Shown: in pieces, positions 27,267-36,728 of the stretch
Numbering within the stretch: position 1 is the first letter of the stretch
How the letters are laid out: each line of letters opens with the position of its first letter
Assembly (NCBI GenBank): GCA_964610045.1
Contig: CAZSUN010000005.1
Location: 15,787-79,786, forward strand
Source of the DNA: an uncultured Sphaerobacteraceae bacterium
Lineage (GTDB): Bacteria > Chloroflexota > Chloroflexia > Thermomicrobiales > UBA6265
Direction: 5' to 3'
Length of the DNA: 64,000 bases
Notes under the pieces: generated by a model
The model's input: only the letters and a program-made list of their open reading frames with translations
Told to the model about the DNA's origin: nothing
The model's database searches: none
Program-made: the position numbers and the translations under genes

Positions 27267-29036
27267 ATGGTTGTCGCGGAAAGCACCAAAACGCACATGT
27301 CCTACGAACCCCAGGAGATCGAAGCTCCAGCGGTGCCGGAGATCCTGTCCGGAGCCCAAATCACCTGCCGGAGCCTCGACGCCGAAGGCGTCACCACCGT
27401 CTTCGGGTATCCCGGCGGCGCGGTCATCCCCCTGTACGACGCCATTCCCGACGCGGCCTTCAAGCACGTCCTGGTGCGTTTCGAGCAATGGGCCGGGCTG
27501 GCGGCGGTCGGCTATGCGCGGGCGACCGGTGATGTCGGTGTCTGTATCGCCACCTCGGGCCCGGGCGCAACCAACCTGGTGACTGCGCTCGCCGATGCCG
27601 CGCTCGACTCGGTGCCGATCGTGGCGATCACCGGCCAGGTCAACCAGTCGCTGATCGGGCGGGACGGTTTCCAAGAAGTCGACATCACCGGCATCACCCT
27701 GCCGGTGACCAAGCACAACTACCTGGTGCGCCGGGCCGAAGAGATCGCCCCGACGATCAAGGAAGCGTTCTACCTGGCGCGCTCGGGGCGACCGGGTCCG
27801 GTGCTGGTGGATATCCCGAAGGATGTCTTCCTGGCGAAGGCGCCATTCCTCTATCCATCGCGAACGGGACGCCGCAGCTATCAACCGAACCTGGTGCCAA
27901 ACATGCGGCAGGTCCGGTTGGCCGCCGATGCCATCAACCGGGCGAAGAAGCCGCTGATCATGGCCGGGCACGGCATCGTGCTCAGCGGCGCCGAGCCGGA
28001 GTTCCAGCAGTTTGCCGAGAAGACCGGCATTCCGGTCATCTACACCCTCCTGGGCCTGGGCGCGATGGACGAGCGCCATCCGCAATCGCTCGGCATGATG
28101 GGCATGCACGGTCATCGTCACGTCAACCGCGCGCTGGAGGAATGCGACCTGCTGGTCAACATCGGCGCCCGATTCGACGATCGCGCAACCGGCAAGCTGG
28201 CCGGGTTCGCGCCGAAGGCGAAGATCGTCCATGTCGACATCGACCCTGCCGAGATCGGCAAGAACGTCCATGCGGATGTGCCGGTCGTGGGGGACGCCCG
28301 CGAAGCGCTCAAGTTGATGGTGGGCGAAGTCGCCTCGCGCGATCACACGGCCTGGCATCACTGGATCGACGGCGAGCGAAACGTCGCGTTGGAAACCGCG
28401 CTCGAAGACCTGCCGGAAACGCCCGAGCCGTACGGCATCATCAAGTCGATTGCCGAGGCGACCAATCGCGAGGCGATTGTGACGACCGATGTCGGGCAGC
28501 ACCAGATGTGGTCAGCCCAGCACTTTGGTATCAAGCATGGCACGCGCTGGATCACCTCCGGTGGTCTCGGCACGATGGGGTTCGGACTCCCTGCCGCGAT
28601 CGGCGCCAAGATGGGCCGTCCGGACCTCGAGGTTTGGGCCGTGATCGGCGACGGTGGATTCCAGATGTCGTCAAGCGAGATGGCGACTGCCGTCCAGGAA
28701 AAGCTCGACATCAACATCGCGATCATCAACAACGGGTACCTCGGCATGGTCCGCCAGTGGCAGGACCTGTTCCAGAACCGGAACTATTCGGAAGTCCAGA
28801 TCAGCGGTCCGGATTTCGTCCACCTGGCCGAGGCGTACGGCGCCACCGGCATCCGGGTGACGAAGGCGGACGAGGTGATGCCGGCGATCCAGCAGGCACG
28901 GTCGATCGCGGGGCCGGTCCTCATCGAGTTCGTGATCGAGCCCGAAGCCAACGTGTACCCGATCGTGCCTCCGGGCGCGAGCAACTCCGACATGCTGCAG
29001 CATCCGAACTGGATGCCCGCCGAAGAGGATCTGTAG
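27267..29036 (+). CDS. ilvB: Acetolactate synthase large subunit
   Basis: TPP-enzyme motifs (GYPGGAVIPLYDA, ATSGPGATN, GGLGTMGFGLPAAIGA, IGDGGFQM). GGAG SD upstream of ATG 27267. Confidence 0.93.
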   Translation: MVVAESTKTHMSYEPQEIEAPAVPEILSGAQITCRSLDAEGVTTVFGYPGGAVIPLYDAIPDAAFKHVLVRFEQWAGLAAVGYARATGDVGVCIATSGPGATNLVTALADAALDSVPIVAITGQVNQSLIGRDGFQEVDITGITLPVTKHNYLVRRAEEIAPTIKEAFYLARSGRPGPVLVDIPKDVFLAKAPFLYPSRTGRRSYQPNLVPNMRQVRLAADAINRAKKPLIMAGHGIVLSGAEPEFQQFAEKTGIPVIYTLLGLGAMDERHPQSLGMMGMHGHRHVNRALEECDLLVNIGARFDDRATGKLAGFAPKAKIVHVDIDPAEIGKNVHADVPVVGDAREALKLMVGEVASRDHTAWHHWIDGERNVALETALEDLPETPEPYGIIKSIAEATNREAIVTTDVGQHQMWSAQHFGIKHGTRWITSGGLGTMGFGLPAAIGAKMGRPDLEVWAVIGDGGFQMSSSEMATAVQEKLDINIAIINNGYLGMVRQWQDLFQNRNYSEVQISGPDFVHLAEAYGATGIRVTKADEVMPAIQQARSIAGPVLIEFVIEPEANVYPIVPPGASNSDMLQHPNWMPAEEDL

Positions 29037-29038
29037 CC

Positions 29039-29578
29039 ATGACCAAGTCCCACACCCTCGTCGTGCTGGTGGAGGACCAGCCGGGCGTCCTGAACCGCGT
29101 GGTGTCGTTGATGCGGAGGCGCTCGTTCAACATCGATTCGATCACGGTCGGGCATTCCGAACAGCCGGGACTCTCGCGGATGACGATCATCGTCAGCGGC
29201 GAGGACAATGAGGTCGAGCAGGCGACCAAGCAGCTCTACAAGCTGCTGGAAGTCGTGAAGGTGACCGAGGTCCCGGAGGAAGACGCCATCACGCGCGAAC
29301 TGGTCATCGTCAAGGTGGCAGCCAAGGGGCCGGCCCGGGCAGAGGTCGTCCAGGTGGCCGAACTGTTCAGCGCCCGCATCCTCGATGTCACGCCGAATAC
29401 CCTGATGATCCAGGCTACCGGTAACGAGGACCACATCGACTCGTTCCTGGCGATGATGCGGGTCTACGGCATCCGCGAAATGGCGCGAAGTGGCAAAATC
29501 GCGATGTCGCGCGGGTCCAGCTCGAAGCAGGGCCGGATTGACCGGATCGTCGATGGCACCTACGCTGTCGCGGATTAA
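29039..29578 (+). CDS. ilvN: Acetolactate synthase small (regulatory) subunit
   Basis: HTLVVLVEDQPGVLNRVVSLMRRRSFNIDSITVG ACT domain. Starts 2 nt after the ilvB stop. Confidence 0.92.
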   Translation: MTKSHTLVVLVEDQPGVLNRVVSLMRRRSFNIDSITVGHSEQPGLSRMTIIVSGEDNEVEQATKQLYKLLEVVKVTEVPEEDAITRELVIVKVAAKGPARAEVVQVAELFSARILDVTPNTLMIQATGNEDHIDSFLAMMRVYGIREMARSGKIAMSRGSSSKQGRIDRIVDGTYAVAD

Positions 29579-29713
29579 TGATCGGGTAGCGGGAGCGTCT
29601 TCGCTCCCGCTACCTGTGTGGTGAGGGCACGCCGGTTGGCGGCGCACAGGCCCGGCCGATGGCGCCGGGTGTCGAACAGGGCGACGAGATCGACCCAGGA
29701 GGAACGGAACCAG

Positions 29714-30748
29714 ATGCCGGCAGTGATTTACTACGAGAATGATGCGACCCTTGGCCCGCTCCAGGACAAGACGATCGCGATCATCGGGTATGGCGCCCAG
29801 GGGCACGCACACGCCCTCAACTTGCGAGATTCCGGTCTGAGCGTGGTGGTTGGCCTGCATGAAGGCAGCAAGAGCCGGGCGAAGGCCGAGGCCGAGGGAC
29901 TCAAGGTCGCGAACGTCGCCGAAGCTGCCGCCGCGGGCGACGTGATCATGGTGCTGGTGCCCGACCATTTGCAGAAGTCAATCTACGAAGAGTCGATTAA
30001 GCCACACCTGACGGCCGGCAAGACCCTGATGTTCGCCCACGGCTTCTCGATCCACTTCAAGCAGATCGAGCCCCCCGCCGACGTCGATGTTTCGATGATT
30101 GCCCCGAAGGCTCCGGGCACCCGTGTCCGTGAGCTGTACGAAGAAGGCGTGGGGGTTCCCGCGCTGATCGCCATCCACCAGGATGCCAGTGGCAGTGCAA
30201 AGGAGGTGGGGCTCGCATACGCGCGGGGAATCGGCTCGCTCAGCGCGGGCGTCCTTGCGACCACCTTCCGCGAAGAGACCGAGACCGATCTCTTCGGCGA
30301 GCAGGCGGTTCTCTGCGGCGGCGTCTCCGCCCTCATCCTGGCCGGGTACGACACCCTGGTCGAGGCGGGGTACGAGCCGGAGAGCGCGTACTTCGAGTGC
30401 CTGCACGAGCTCAAGCTCATCGTCGACCTCATCTATGAAGGCGGCCTCACCCACATGCGCCAGGTTGTCTCCGATACCGCCGAATGGGGCGACTACTACG
30501 CCGGCCCACAGGTGATTACCGAAGACTCGCGCGCCGCGATGCGCCAGATTCTCGCCCGGATCCAGGATGGCTCGTTCGCCAACGACTGGATCGAGGAGAA
30601 TGCGTCCGGCCGCAAGAAATTCCTGGCCCAGCGCGAGGCGGCTACTGTCCACGGCATCGAACAGGTCGGGTCCGAACTGCGCGGCATGATGCCCTGGCTC
30701 AAGAGCGGCAAGGCCGCTCGCGACCAGGCCGCTGCCAACCGGTCCTGA
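29714..30748 (+). CDS. ilvC: Ketol-acid reductoisomerase
   Basis: [21 protein letters not shown] and [11 protein letters not shown] motifs. AGGAGG SD at 29697-29702. Confidence 0.95.
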   Translation: MPAVIYYENDATLGPLQDKTIAIIGYGAQGHAHALNLRDSGLSVVVGLHEGSKSRAKAEAEGLKVANVAEAAAAGDVIMVLVPDHLQKSIYEESIKPHLTAGKTLMFAHGFSIHFKQIEPPADVDVSMIAPKAPGTRVRELYEEGVGVPALIAIHQDASGSAKEVGLAYARGIGSLSAGVLATTFREETETDLFGEQAVLCGGVSALILAGYDTLVEAGYEPESAYFECLHELKLIVDLIYEGGLTHMRQVVSDTAEWGDYYAGPQVITEDSRAAMRQILARIQDGSFANDWIEENASGRKKFLAQREAATVHGIEQVGSELRGMMPWLKSGKAARDQAAANRS

Positions 30749-30773
30749 CCGACACCACGAAAGCAGGATTTCC

Positions 30774-32357
30774 ATGTCTGACCGGGAGAGTGACGTAGCG
30801 GCGGTGCAGGACCGCGTGATCGTCTTCGACACGACCCTGCGTGACGGCGAGCAATCGCCGGGCGCCACGCTGACCGCCGACGAGAAGCTCGAAGTTGCCG
30901 ACGCCCTTGTGGCGCTCAACGTCGACGTGATCGAGGCCGGGTTCCCGGCCGCATCGCCGGGCGACTTCGAGGCGGTCCGGGCGATTGCCGCCCGGGCGAA
31001 GGGTGTGACGGTGGCCGGGCTTGCCCGCGCCAACACCAACGACATCGAGCGAGCAGCCCAGGCGGTGCGTGGCGCGGACCAGGCGCGCATCCACACCTTC
31101 ATCGCCACGTCGGACATCCATCTCCAGTACAAACTCCGGATGACCCGCGAGCAGGTGCTGGAACGGGTGGCGGAGTCGGTAAAGCTCGCGCGGTCATTCG
31201 TCAGCGACGTCGAATTCTCCTGCGAGGATGCGACCCGGTCAGATCACGACTACCTCGTCCAGGTGTTCGGCACGGCGATCAAGGCCGGGGCAACAACCCT
31301 GAACGTGCCCGACACGGTTGGGTACACGACTCCTGGCGAGTTCATTCGCCTGATCGAGCACCTGCGAGCCAACGTCGAAGGCATCGAGGATTGCATCATC
31401 TCGGTGCATTGTCATGATGACCTCGGCCTTGGCACCGCGAACACGCTGGCGGCAGTGGGCGCTGGCGCCCGCCAGGTCGAAGTGACCATGAACGGCATCG
31501 GCGAGCGGGCTGGTAACACGTCGCTCGAAGAAGTCGTGATGGCGCTGGCGACTCGCACCGAACAGTTCGGCGGCGTGCAGACCCGGGTCATCAAGAACCG
31601 CCTGGTGCCGACCAGCCGACTGGTCAGTTCGCTGACAGGCGTTGCGGTGCAGGTGAACAAGGCCATCGTCGGGGCGAACGCCTTCGCTCACGAGGCCGGC
31701 ATCCACCAGGACGGCATGCTCAAGAACCGGGACACCTACGAGATCATGAATCCCGAAGATGTCGGCTGGGAAGGCACCAAGCTGGTGCTCGGCAAGCATT
31801 CCGGCCGTGCGGGATTCCGAAACGCCCTCTCGGACCTGGGCCTGAAAGTGCCCGACGACCAGATCGATGTTGTCTACCAGCGGTTCCTGGAACTGGCCGA
31901 CCGCAAAAAGAACGTGACCGGGGCGGATATCACCGCCCTGGTCTCTGACGAGCTTGCCGAGGCTGGCAGCACCCTCCACCTGGTGCGCTGGAACGCCAGT
32001 ATCGGCAGCGGCGGCGCGGCGACCGCCAGCGTCGTAATCGAACGCGACGGCGAGGAGTTCGCCGGGGATGCGGACGGCAACGGCCCGGTCAACGCCCTCT
32101 TCCAGGCGATTGATTCGGTGGTCAAGACCGAGAACGAACTCACCTACTACCATGTCGAGGCGGTGACGCCCGGCGAGGATGCCCAGGGACAGGTCCACGT
32201 CCGGATTCGTGTCGATGGGGACATCTACACCGGTCATGGACTGGCGACGGATATCGTGGAGGCCAGCGCCCGGGCCTATCTGGCCGCACTCAGCCAGGTG
32301 GCACAGCGCCGCCCTGACACCGTGCTGATGGGTTCGTCCACGTCGCGTTGGAGCTAG
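30774..32357 (+). CDS. leuA: 2-isopropylmalate synthase
   Basis: FDTTLRDGEQSPGA, HCHDDLGLGTANTLAA and AHEAGIHQDG motifs plus the C-terminal LeuA regulatory domain. Confidence 0.93.
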   Translation: MSDRESDVAAVQDRVIVFDTTLRDGEQSPGATLTADEKLEVADALVALNVDVIEAGFPAASPGDFEAVRAIAARAKGVTVAGLARANTNDIERAAQAVRGADQARIHTFIATSDIHLQYKLRMTREQVLERVAESVKLARSFVSDVEFSCEDATRSDHDYLVQVFGTAIKAGATTLNVPDTVGYTTPGEFIRLIEHLRANVEGIEDCIISVHCHDDLGLGTANTLAAVGAGARQVEVTMNGIGERAGNTSLEEVVMALATRTEQFGGVQTRVIKNRLVPTSRLVSSLTGVAVQVNKAIVGANAFAHEAGIHQDGMLKNRDTYEIMNPEDVGWEGTKLVLGKHSGRAGFRNALSDLGLKVPDDQIDVVYQRFLELADRKKNVTGADITALVSDELAEAGSTLHLVRWNASIGSGGAATASVVIERDGEEFAGDADGNGPVNALFQAIDSVVKTENELTYYHVEAVTPGEDAQGQVHVRIRVDGDIYTGHGLATDIVEASARAYLAALSQVAQRRPDTVLMGSSTSRWS

Positions 32358-32362
32358 CCACC

Positions 32363-33103
32363 ATGGTCACAAGCTCTCCAGCGAACCGGAAGGACGTCAT
32401 CTGGCAGGCTGCCGCGACGACGGCGAACTATCATCGATCGCGCCAGGCAGTGCCGTTCGCGGAAGTTCATTTCGACATCACGCGGCGGGTGCTGGAAGCG
32501 CACGGCGTCGAGGTACGATCGCTGCTTGATCTCGGCTGCGGCGACGGGATCGCCACGCAGGCGATGGTCGACCGCTTCCCGGTCGAGCGTGGCGTCCTGG
32601 TCGACTTCTCGGAGCCGATGCTGGACGCCGCCTGCGCGCGTTTCCATAGCGCGCCGGTCGCGATCGACATCGTTCACGGCGATCTGCTCGGCTCGGAGTG
32701 GATCGGGCAGGTGAGACCGGGGTTCGATCTCGTCATCTCCCGCTTCGCCATCCATCACCTGCCGCACGAGCGCAAGAGATCGCTCTATCGCGAAATCCTG
32801 GATCTGCTCCGGCCAGGTGGGTTCTTCATCAACATCGAGCATGTTCAGTCGCCGAACGCCCAATACCAGTACGCGTTCGAACGGGTTTTCATCGAGGGTA
32901 TCAACGCACTGAGCGAATCCCGCGAGACGATCGAGGAAACCGAGCGCGCGTTCCGGGACCGGCAGGATGCCGAAACCAACATCCTCGCCCCGGTCGAGGA
33001 CCAGTGTGGCTGGCTGCGCGAGATCGGCTTTGTCGATGTCGATTGCAGCTTCAAGGCGTTCGAACTGGCCGTCTTCGGCGGCCGAAAACCAGGATCATCA
33101 TGA
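32363..33103 (+). CDS. Class I SAM-dependent methyltransferase embedded in the leu operon
   Basis: Motif I LLDLGCGDG and post-I/II LVISRFAIHHL, LRPGGFF. ATG 32363 lies 5 nt after the leuA stop, with GGAG upstream (the track TTG 32348 overlaps leuA). Confidence 0.8.
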   Translation: MVTSSPANRKDVIWQAAATTANYHRSRQAVPFAEVHFDITRRVLEAHGVEVRSLLDLGCGDGIATQAMVDRFPVERGVLVDFSEPMLDAACARFHSAPVAIDIVHGDLLGSEWIGQVRPGFDLVISRFAIHHLPHERKRSLYREILDLLRPGGFFINIEHVQSPNAQYQYAFERVFIEGINALSESRETIEETERAFRDRQDAETNILAPVEDQCGWLREIGFVDVDCSFKAFELAVFGGRKPGSS

Positions 33104-33163
33104 TGTACGCAGTGCCGGATGAAATCCGGCGCTGCGCGTTTCACCCATCCGGAGGCTACACCC

Positions 33164-34570
33164 GTGTCTGCGCCAAGAACCCTGTCGGACAAGCTGTGGG
33201 ACGACCATGTTGTGCGATCGGTCGCCGGCGAACCTGATCTCCTCTATATCGACCTGCACCTCGTCCACGAAGTGACCTCGCCGCAGGCGTTCGACGGGCT
33301 CAGGATGGCTGGTCGCCCGGTCCGGCGGCCCGACCTGACGATCGCCACGGCGGATCACAATGTGCCGACCATCGACATCGGCCTGCCGATCGCCGATCCG
33401 ATCTCGGCCACCCAGGTCCGCAAGCTCTCCGAGAACTGCCGGGAGTTCGGCGTCCGCCTGCATCCGATGGGCGACCCCGGCCAGGGGATCGTCCACGTCA
33501 TCGGGCCAGAGTTTGGGCTGACGCAGCCGGGCATGACGATCGTCTGCGGCGACAGCCATACGTCGACACACGGCGCATTCGGCGCGCTCGCGTTCGGGAT
33601 TGGTACCAGCGAGGTCGAGCACGTCCTCGCCACGCAGACCCTGCCACAGATGAAGCCGAAGTCGATGGCGATCACGGTCGATGGCAACCTGCGCGATGGC
33701 GTCACCGCCAAGGACATCATCCTCGCGATCATTGGCAGGATCGGCACCGGCGGCGGCCAGGGGTCGATCGTGGAGTACCGGGGTTCGGCCATTCGCGCGC
33801 TCTCGATGGAAGGGCGAATGACGATCTGCAACATGTCGATCGAGGGCGGGGCCAAGGCGGGGATGATTGCCCCCGACAACACGACCTTCAGCTACATGGA
33901 AGGGCGAGAGTTCACGCCGAAGGGGGCGGACTGGGAGCATGCTCTCGACTACTGGCGCTCCTTGCCGACGGACGAGGGCGCCGAGTTCGACAGCGAAGTC
34001 ATCATCGATGGCACGACCCTCACGCCGTTCGTTTCCTGGGGGACCAACCCCGGCCAGGTCATCTCCATCGACAGCAGGGTGCCCGATCCGTCCGAGTTCG
34101 GCACGCCCAACGATCGCGACGCCGCGGCCAGGGCGCTGAAGTACATGGCGCTCGAATCGGGCACCCCGATCCGCGAGATCAGGGTGGATACCGTCTTCAT
34201 TGGCTCCTGCACCAACAGCCGGATCGAGGATTTGCGTTCTGCTGCCAGGATCATCGAAGGCCGTCGTATCGCTCCCACTGTGCGCGGGATGGTGGTGCCA
34301 GGTTCGATGCGGGTGAAGGCGCAGGCCGAAGCCGAGGGGCTGGATCGCGTCTTCCGCGATGCCGGGTTTGAGTGGCGATCGGCCGGATGCTCGATGTGCC
34401 TCGGAATGAATCCCGACCAGTTGAGCCCCGGTGAGCGCTGCGCCTCGACCAGCAACCGGAACTTCGAGGGGCGGCAGGGCAAGGGCGGACGGACGCACCT
34501 GGTCTCGCCCCAGGTTGCCGCCGCGACCGCGATCGCCGGCACGTTCACGACACCCGCCGATCTCGCCTGA
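33164..34570 (+). CDS. leuC: 3-isopropylmalate dehydratase large subunit
   Basis: [34 protein letters not shown] and CSMCLGMN Fe-S ligand motifs. GTG start with GGAGG SD (33151-33155). Confidence 0.93.
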   Translation: MSAPRTLSDKLWDDHVVRSVAGEPDLLYIDLHLVHEVTSPQAFDGLRMAGRPVRRPDLTIATADHNVPTIDIGLPIADPISATQVRKLSENCREFGVRLHPMGDPGQGIVHVIGPEFGLTQPGMTIVCGDSHTSTHGAFGALAFGIGTSEVEHVLATQTLPQMKPKSMAITVDGNLRDGVTAKDIILAIIGRIGTGGGQGSIVEYRGSAIRALSMEGRMTICNMSIEGGAKAGMIAPDNTTFSYMEGREFTPKGADWEHALDYWRSLPTDEGAEFDSEVIIDGTTLTPFVSWGTNPGQVISIDSRVPDPSEFGTPNDRDAAARALKYMALESGTPIREIRVDTVFIGSCTNSRIEDLRSAARIIEGRRIAPTVRGMVVPGSMRVKAQAEAEGLDRVFRDAGFEWRSAGCSMCLGMNPDQLSPGERCASTSNRNFEGRQGKGGRTHLVSPQVAAATAIAGTFTTPADLA

Positions 34571-34685
34571 AATTACGACCTTCGTAGGGGAGGACCAGCG
34601 GCGCACAATCAACCACCATGTCCGTATGGTCGCTGCGCCGCGTGTGTCCTCCCGCAATCGTGTTCACCTTCAACCTGGAGCGTCA

Positions 34686-35315
34686 ATGGAACCAGTCAAG
34701 CGCATCGAAGGACGCATCGTCCCGCTCGAACGAAGTGACGTCGATACCGACCAAATCATCCCGGCGGTCTATCTCAAGCGGGTCGAACGCACCGGATTCG
34801 GGGAGGGACTCTTTGCCGCCTGGCGCGAGTCCGATCCCAACTTCGTGCTCAACCGGCCGGAGTTCGAAGGCGGGTCGGTGCTGATTGCCGGGCCCAACTT
34901 CGGCACCGGGTCGTCGCGGGAGCACGCGGTCTGGGCATTGATGGATTACGGCTTCAAGGCGGTCATCTCGCCGAAATTCGGCGACATCTTCCGCAACAAC
35001 GCCACCAAGGCCGGCCTGGTGCCGGTGGTGGTGCCGGATGACTTCGGGGCTGAGTTGATGGAGGCTGCGGCCGAACATCCCTTTCTCGAAGTGATCGTCG
35101 ATGTCGAGAATCGGACGGTGTCAGCCCCGGCAGTCGGTTTGACGACGACGTTCCCGATGGACGACTTCACCCAACACCGGCTGGTCAACGGGCTCGATGA
35201 CATCGGCCTTACCCTGACCCACGCCTCGGACATCGATGCATTCGAGGCGCAGCGTCCGTCGTGGAAGCCGCACGTCAACAACCCGGCACCGTTTACTGTC
35301 CCATCGTCATCCTGA
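34686..35315 (+). CDS. leuD: 3-isopropylmalate dehydratase small subunit
   Basis: [10 protein letters not shown] and [13 protein letters not shown] motifs. The last codons and the stop lie inside a repeat copy. Confidence 0.92.
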   Translation: MEPVKRIEGRIVPLERSDVDTDQIIPAVYLKRVERTGFGEGLFAAWRESDPNFVLNRPEFEGGSVLIAGPNFGTGSSREHAVWALMDYGFKAVISPKFGDIFRNNATKAGLVPVVVPDDFGAELMEAAAEHPFLEVIVDVENRTVSAPAVGLTTTFPMDDFTQHRLVNGLDDIGLTLTHASDIDAFEAQRPSWKPHVNNPAPFTVPSSS

Positions 35316-35329
35316 GCGAAGCGAAACAT
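35306..35329 (+). repeat. Variant copy of dispersed repeat (GTCATCCTGAGCGAAGCGAAACAT)
   Basis: Overlaps the leuD stop codon (35313-35315). Confidence 0.6.
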
Positions 35330-35425
35330 GACGGTGTGTTGGAATGGGATAATTCCGGGCTGACACCGTGTTGGCCTCGACCGATTGCAAAAACTGACGA
35401 ATTCACATGGGAGATCCACCACCAC

Positions 35426-36526
35426 ATGACCTCGTCCTCCAGCACCACCTACCGCATCGCCCAGTTCGCCGGTGACGGCGTCGGTCCAGACATCGCGGTC
35501 GAAGCCCGCAAGGTACTCGACGCGATTTCGGCCCGGTTCGGTCACACATTCACCTACGACGAGATGCTCGTCGGCGGCATCGCCATCGACGAGTACGGAG
35601 TCGGCGTGCGGGATGAGGATGTCGAGGTCGCCCGGGTGGCGGACGGCGTCCTGCTCGGCGCAGTCGGCGGCCCGAAATGGGACGATCCGAACGCCACGGT
35701 ACGGCCGGAGCAGGGCCTGCTGAAATTGCGGAAGTCGCTTGGCCTGTTCGCCAACCTGCGCCCGGTGGCGGTGATGGAGCAGTTGGTCGATTCGACGCCG
35801 CTCAAGCCCGAGTACATCCGAGGTGTCGACCTGATCGTCGTGCGCGAGCTGACCGGCGGCCTGTACTTCGGCGAGCCGTCGAAGCAGTGGACCGACGACC
35901 AGGGCCGGGTCGCGGTCGACACCATGCAGTACCGCGACTTCGAAATCGAGCGGGTGGTACGCCTTGCGTTCGACCTCGCGCGTACCCGGCGAAAGAAGCT
36001 GACGAGCGTCGACAAGGCCAACGTGCTCTCCACCTCACGCCTCTGGCGGACGATCGTGACCGAGATCGCGCCGGAGTACCCGGATGTGGAACTCGACCAC
36101 ATGTTGGTTGATGTCACGACCATGCGCCTGCTCAAACAGCCGTCCGAGTTCGACGTCATCGTGACGGAGAACACCTTCGGCGACATCATCACCGACGAAG
36201 CATCGGTTCTTGGCGGATCGCTTGGGCTGATGCCGTCGGCGAGCGTTGGCGTGCCAGGCGGGCATGGGCGCCGGATCGGCATGTACGAGCCGATCCACGG
36301 GAGCGCCCCGCGCCACGCCGGGACCGGACGCGCCAACCCGACCGGGATGATCCTGTCGGCGGCGCTGATGCTGCGGATGTCACTGGGGCTCGAGGCCGAG
36401 GCCGAGGCCATCGAAAAGGCAGTGAACGACACGATCACCGCCGGGGTGATGACACAGGACATCGGCGGTACGGCCACGACTTCGTCGTTCGGCGATGCGG
36501 TTGCGGCGGCGGTCGCCAACGGCTAA
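35426..36526 (+). CDS. leuB: 3-isopropylmalate dehydrogenase
   Basis: YRIAQFAGDGVGPDI, LLGAVGGPKWD, NLRP and ENTFGDIITDEAS motifs. Confidence 0.93.
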   Translation: MTSSSSTTYRIAQFAGDGVGPDIAVEARKVLDAISARFGHTFTYDEMLVGGIAIDEYGVGVRDEDVEVARVADGVLLGAVGGPKWDDPNATVRPEQGLLKLRKSLGLFANLRPVAVMEQLVDSTPLKPEYIRGVDLIVVRELTGGLYFGEPSKQWTDDQGRVAVDTMQYRDFEIERVVRLAFDLARTRRKKLTSVDKANVLSTSRLWRTIVTEIAPEYPDVELDHMLVDVTTMRLLKQPSEFDVIVTENTFGDIITDEASVLGGSLGLMPSASVGVPGGHGRRIGMYEPIHGSAPRHAGTGRANPTGMILSAALMLRMSLGLEAEAEAIEKAVNDTITAGVMTQDIGGTATTSSFGDAVAAAVANG

Positions 36527-36579
36527 CTGCAGCGACGCCCACGAGCCGTGTCCGACATTGGAGACGTATTCCAGAGATT

Positions 36580-36658
36580 GTCATTCCGAGGCAAAGCCGA
36601 GGAATCTTGCGACCATTGCGCTGGTCCGGAACAGATTCATCGCTACGCTCGGAATGAC
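36580..36658. repeat. Inverted pair of the dispersed repeat (MITE/REP-like palindromic element) at the operon 3' end
   Basis: GTCATTCCGAGGCAAAGCCGAGGAATC (36580-36606), 27-nt spacer, GATTCATCGCTACGCTCGGAATGAC (36634-36658). Confidence 0.75.
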
Positions 36659-36728
36659 AGGAATCCGAGGGTGTGTCAGCCCAAGCCTCCGCGAGCCGAC
36701 AGACCCTCGTTCCTCGAGCCGTCGGCCC

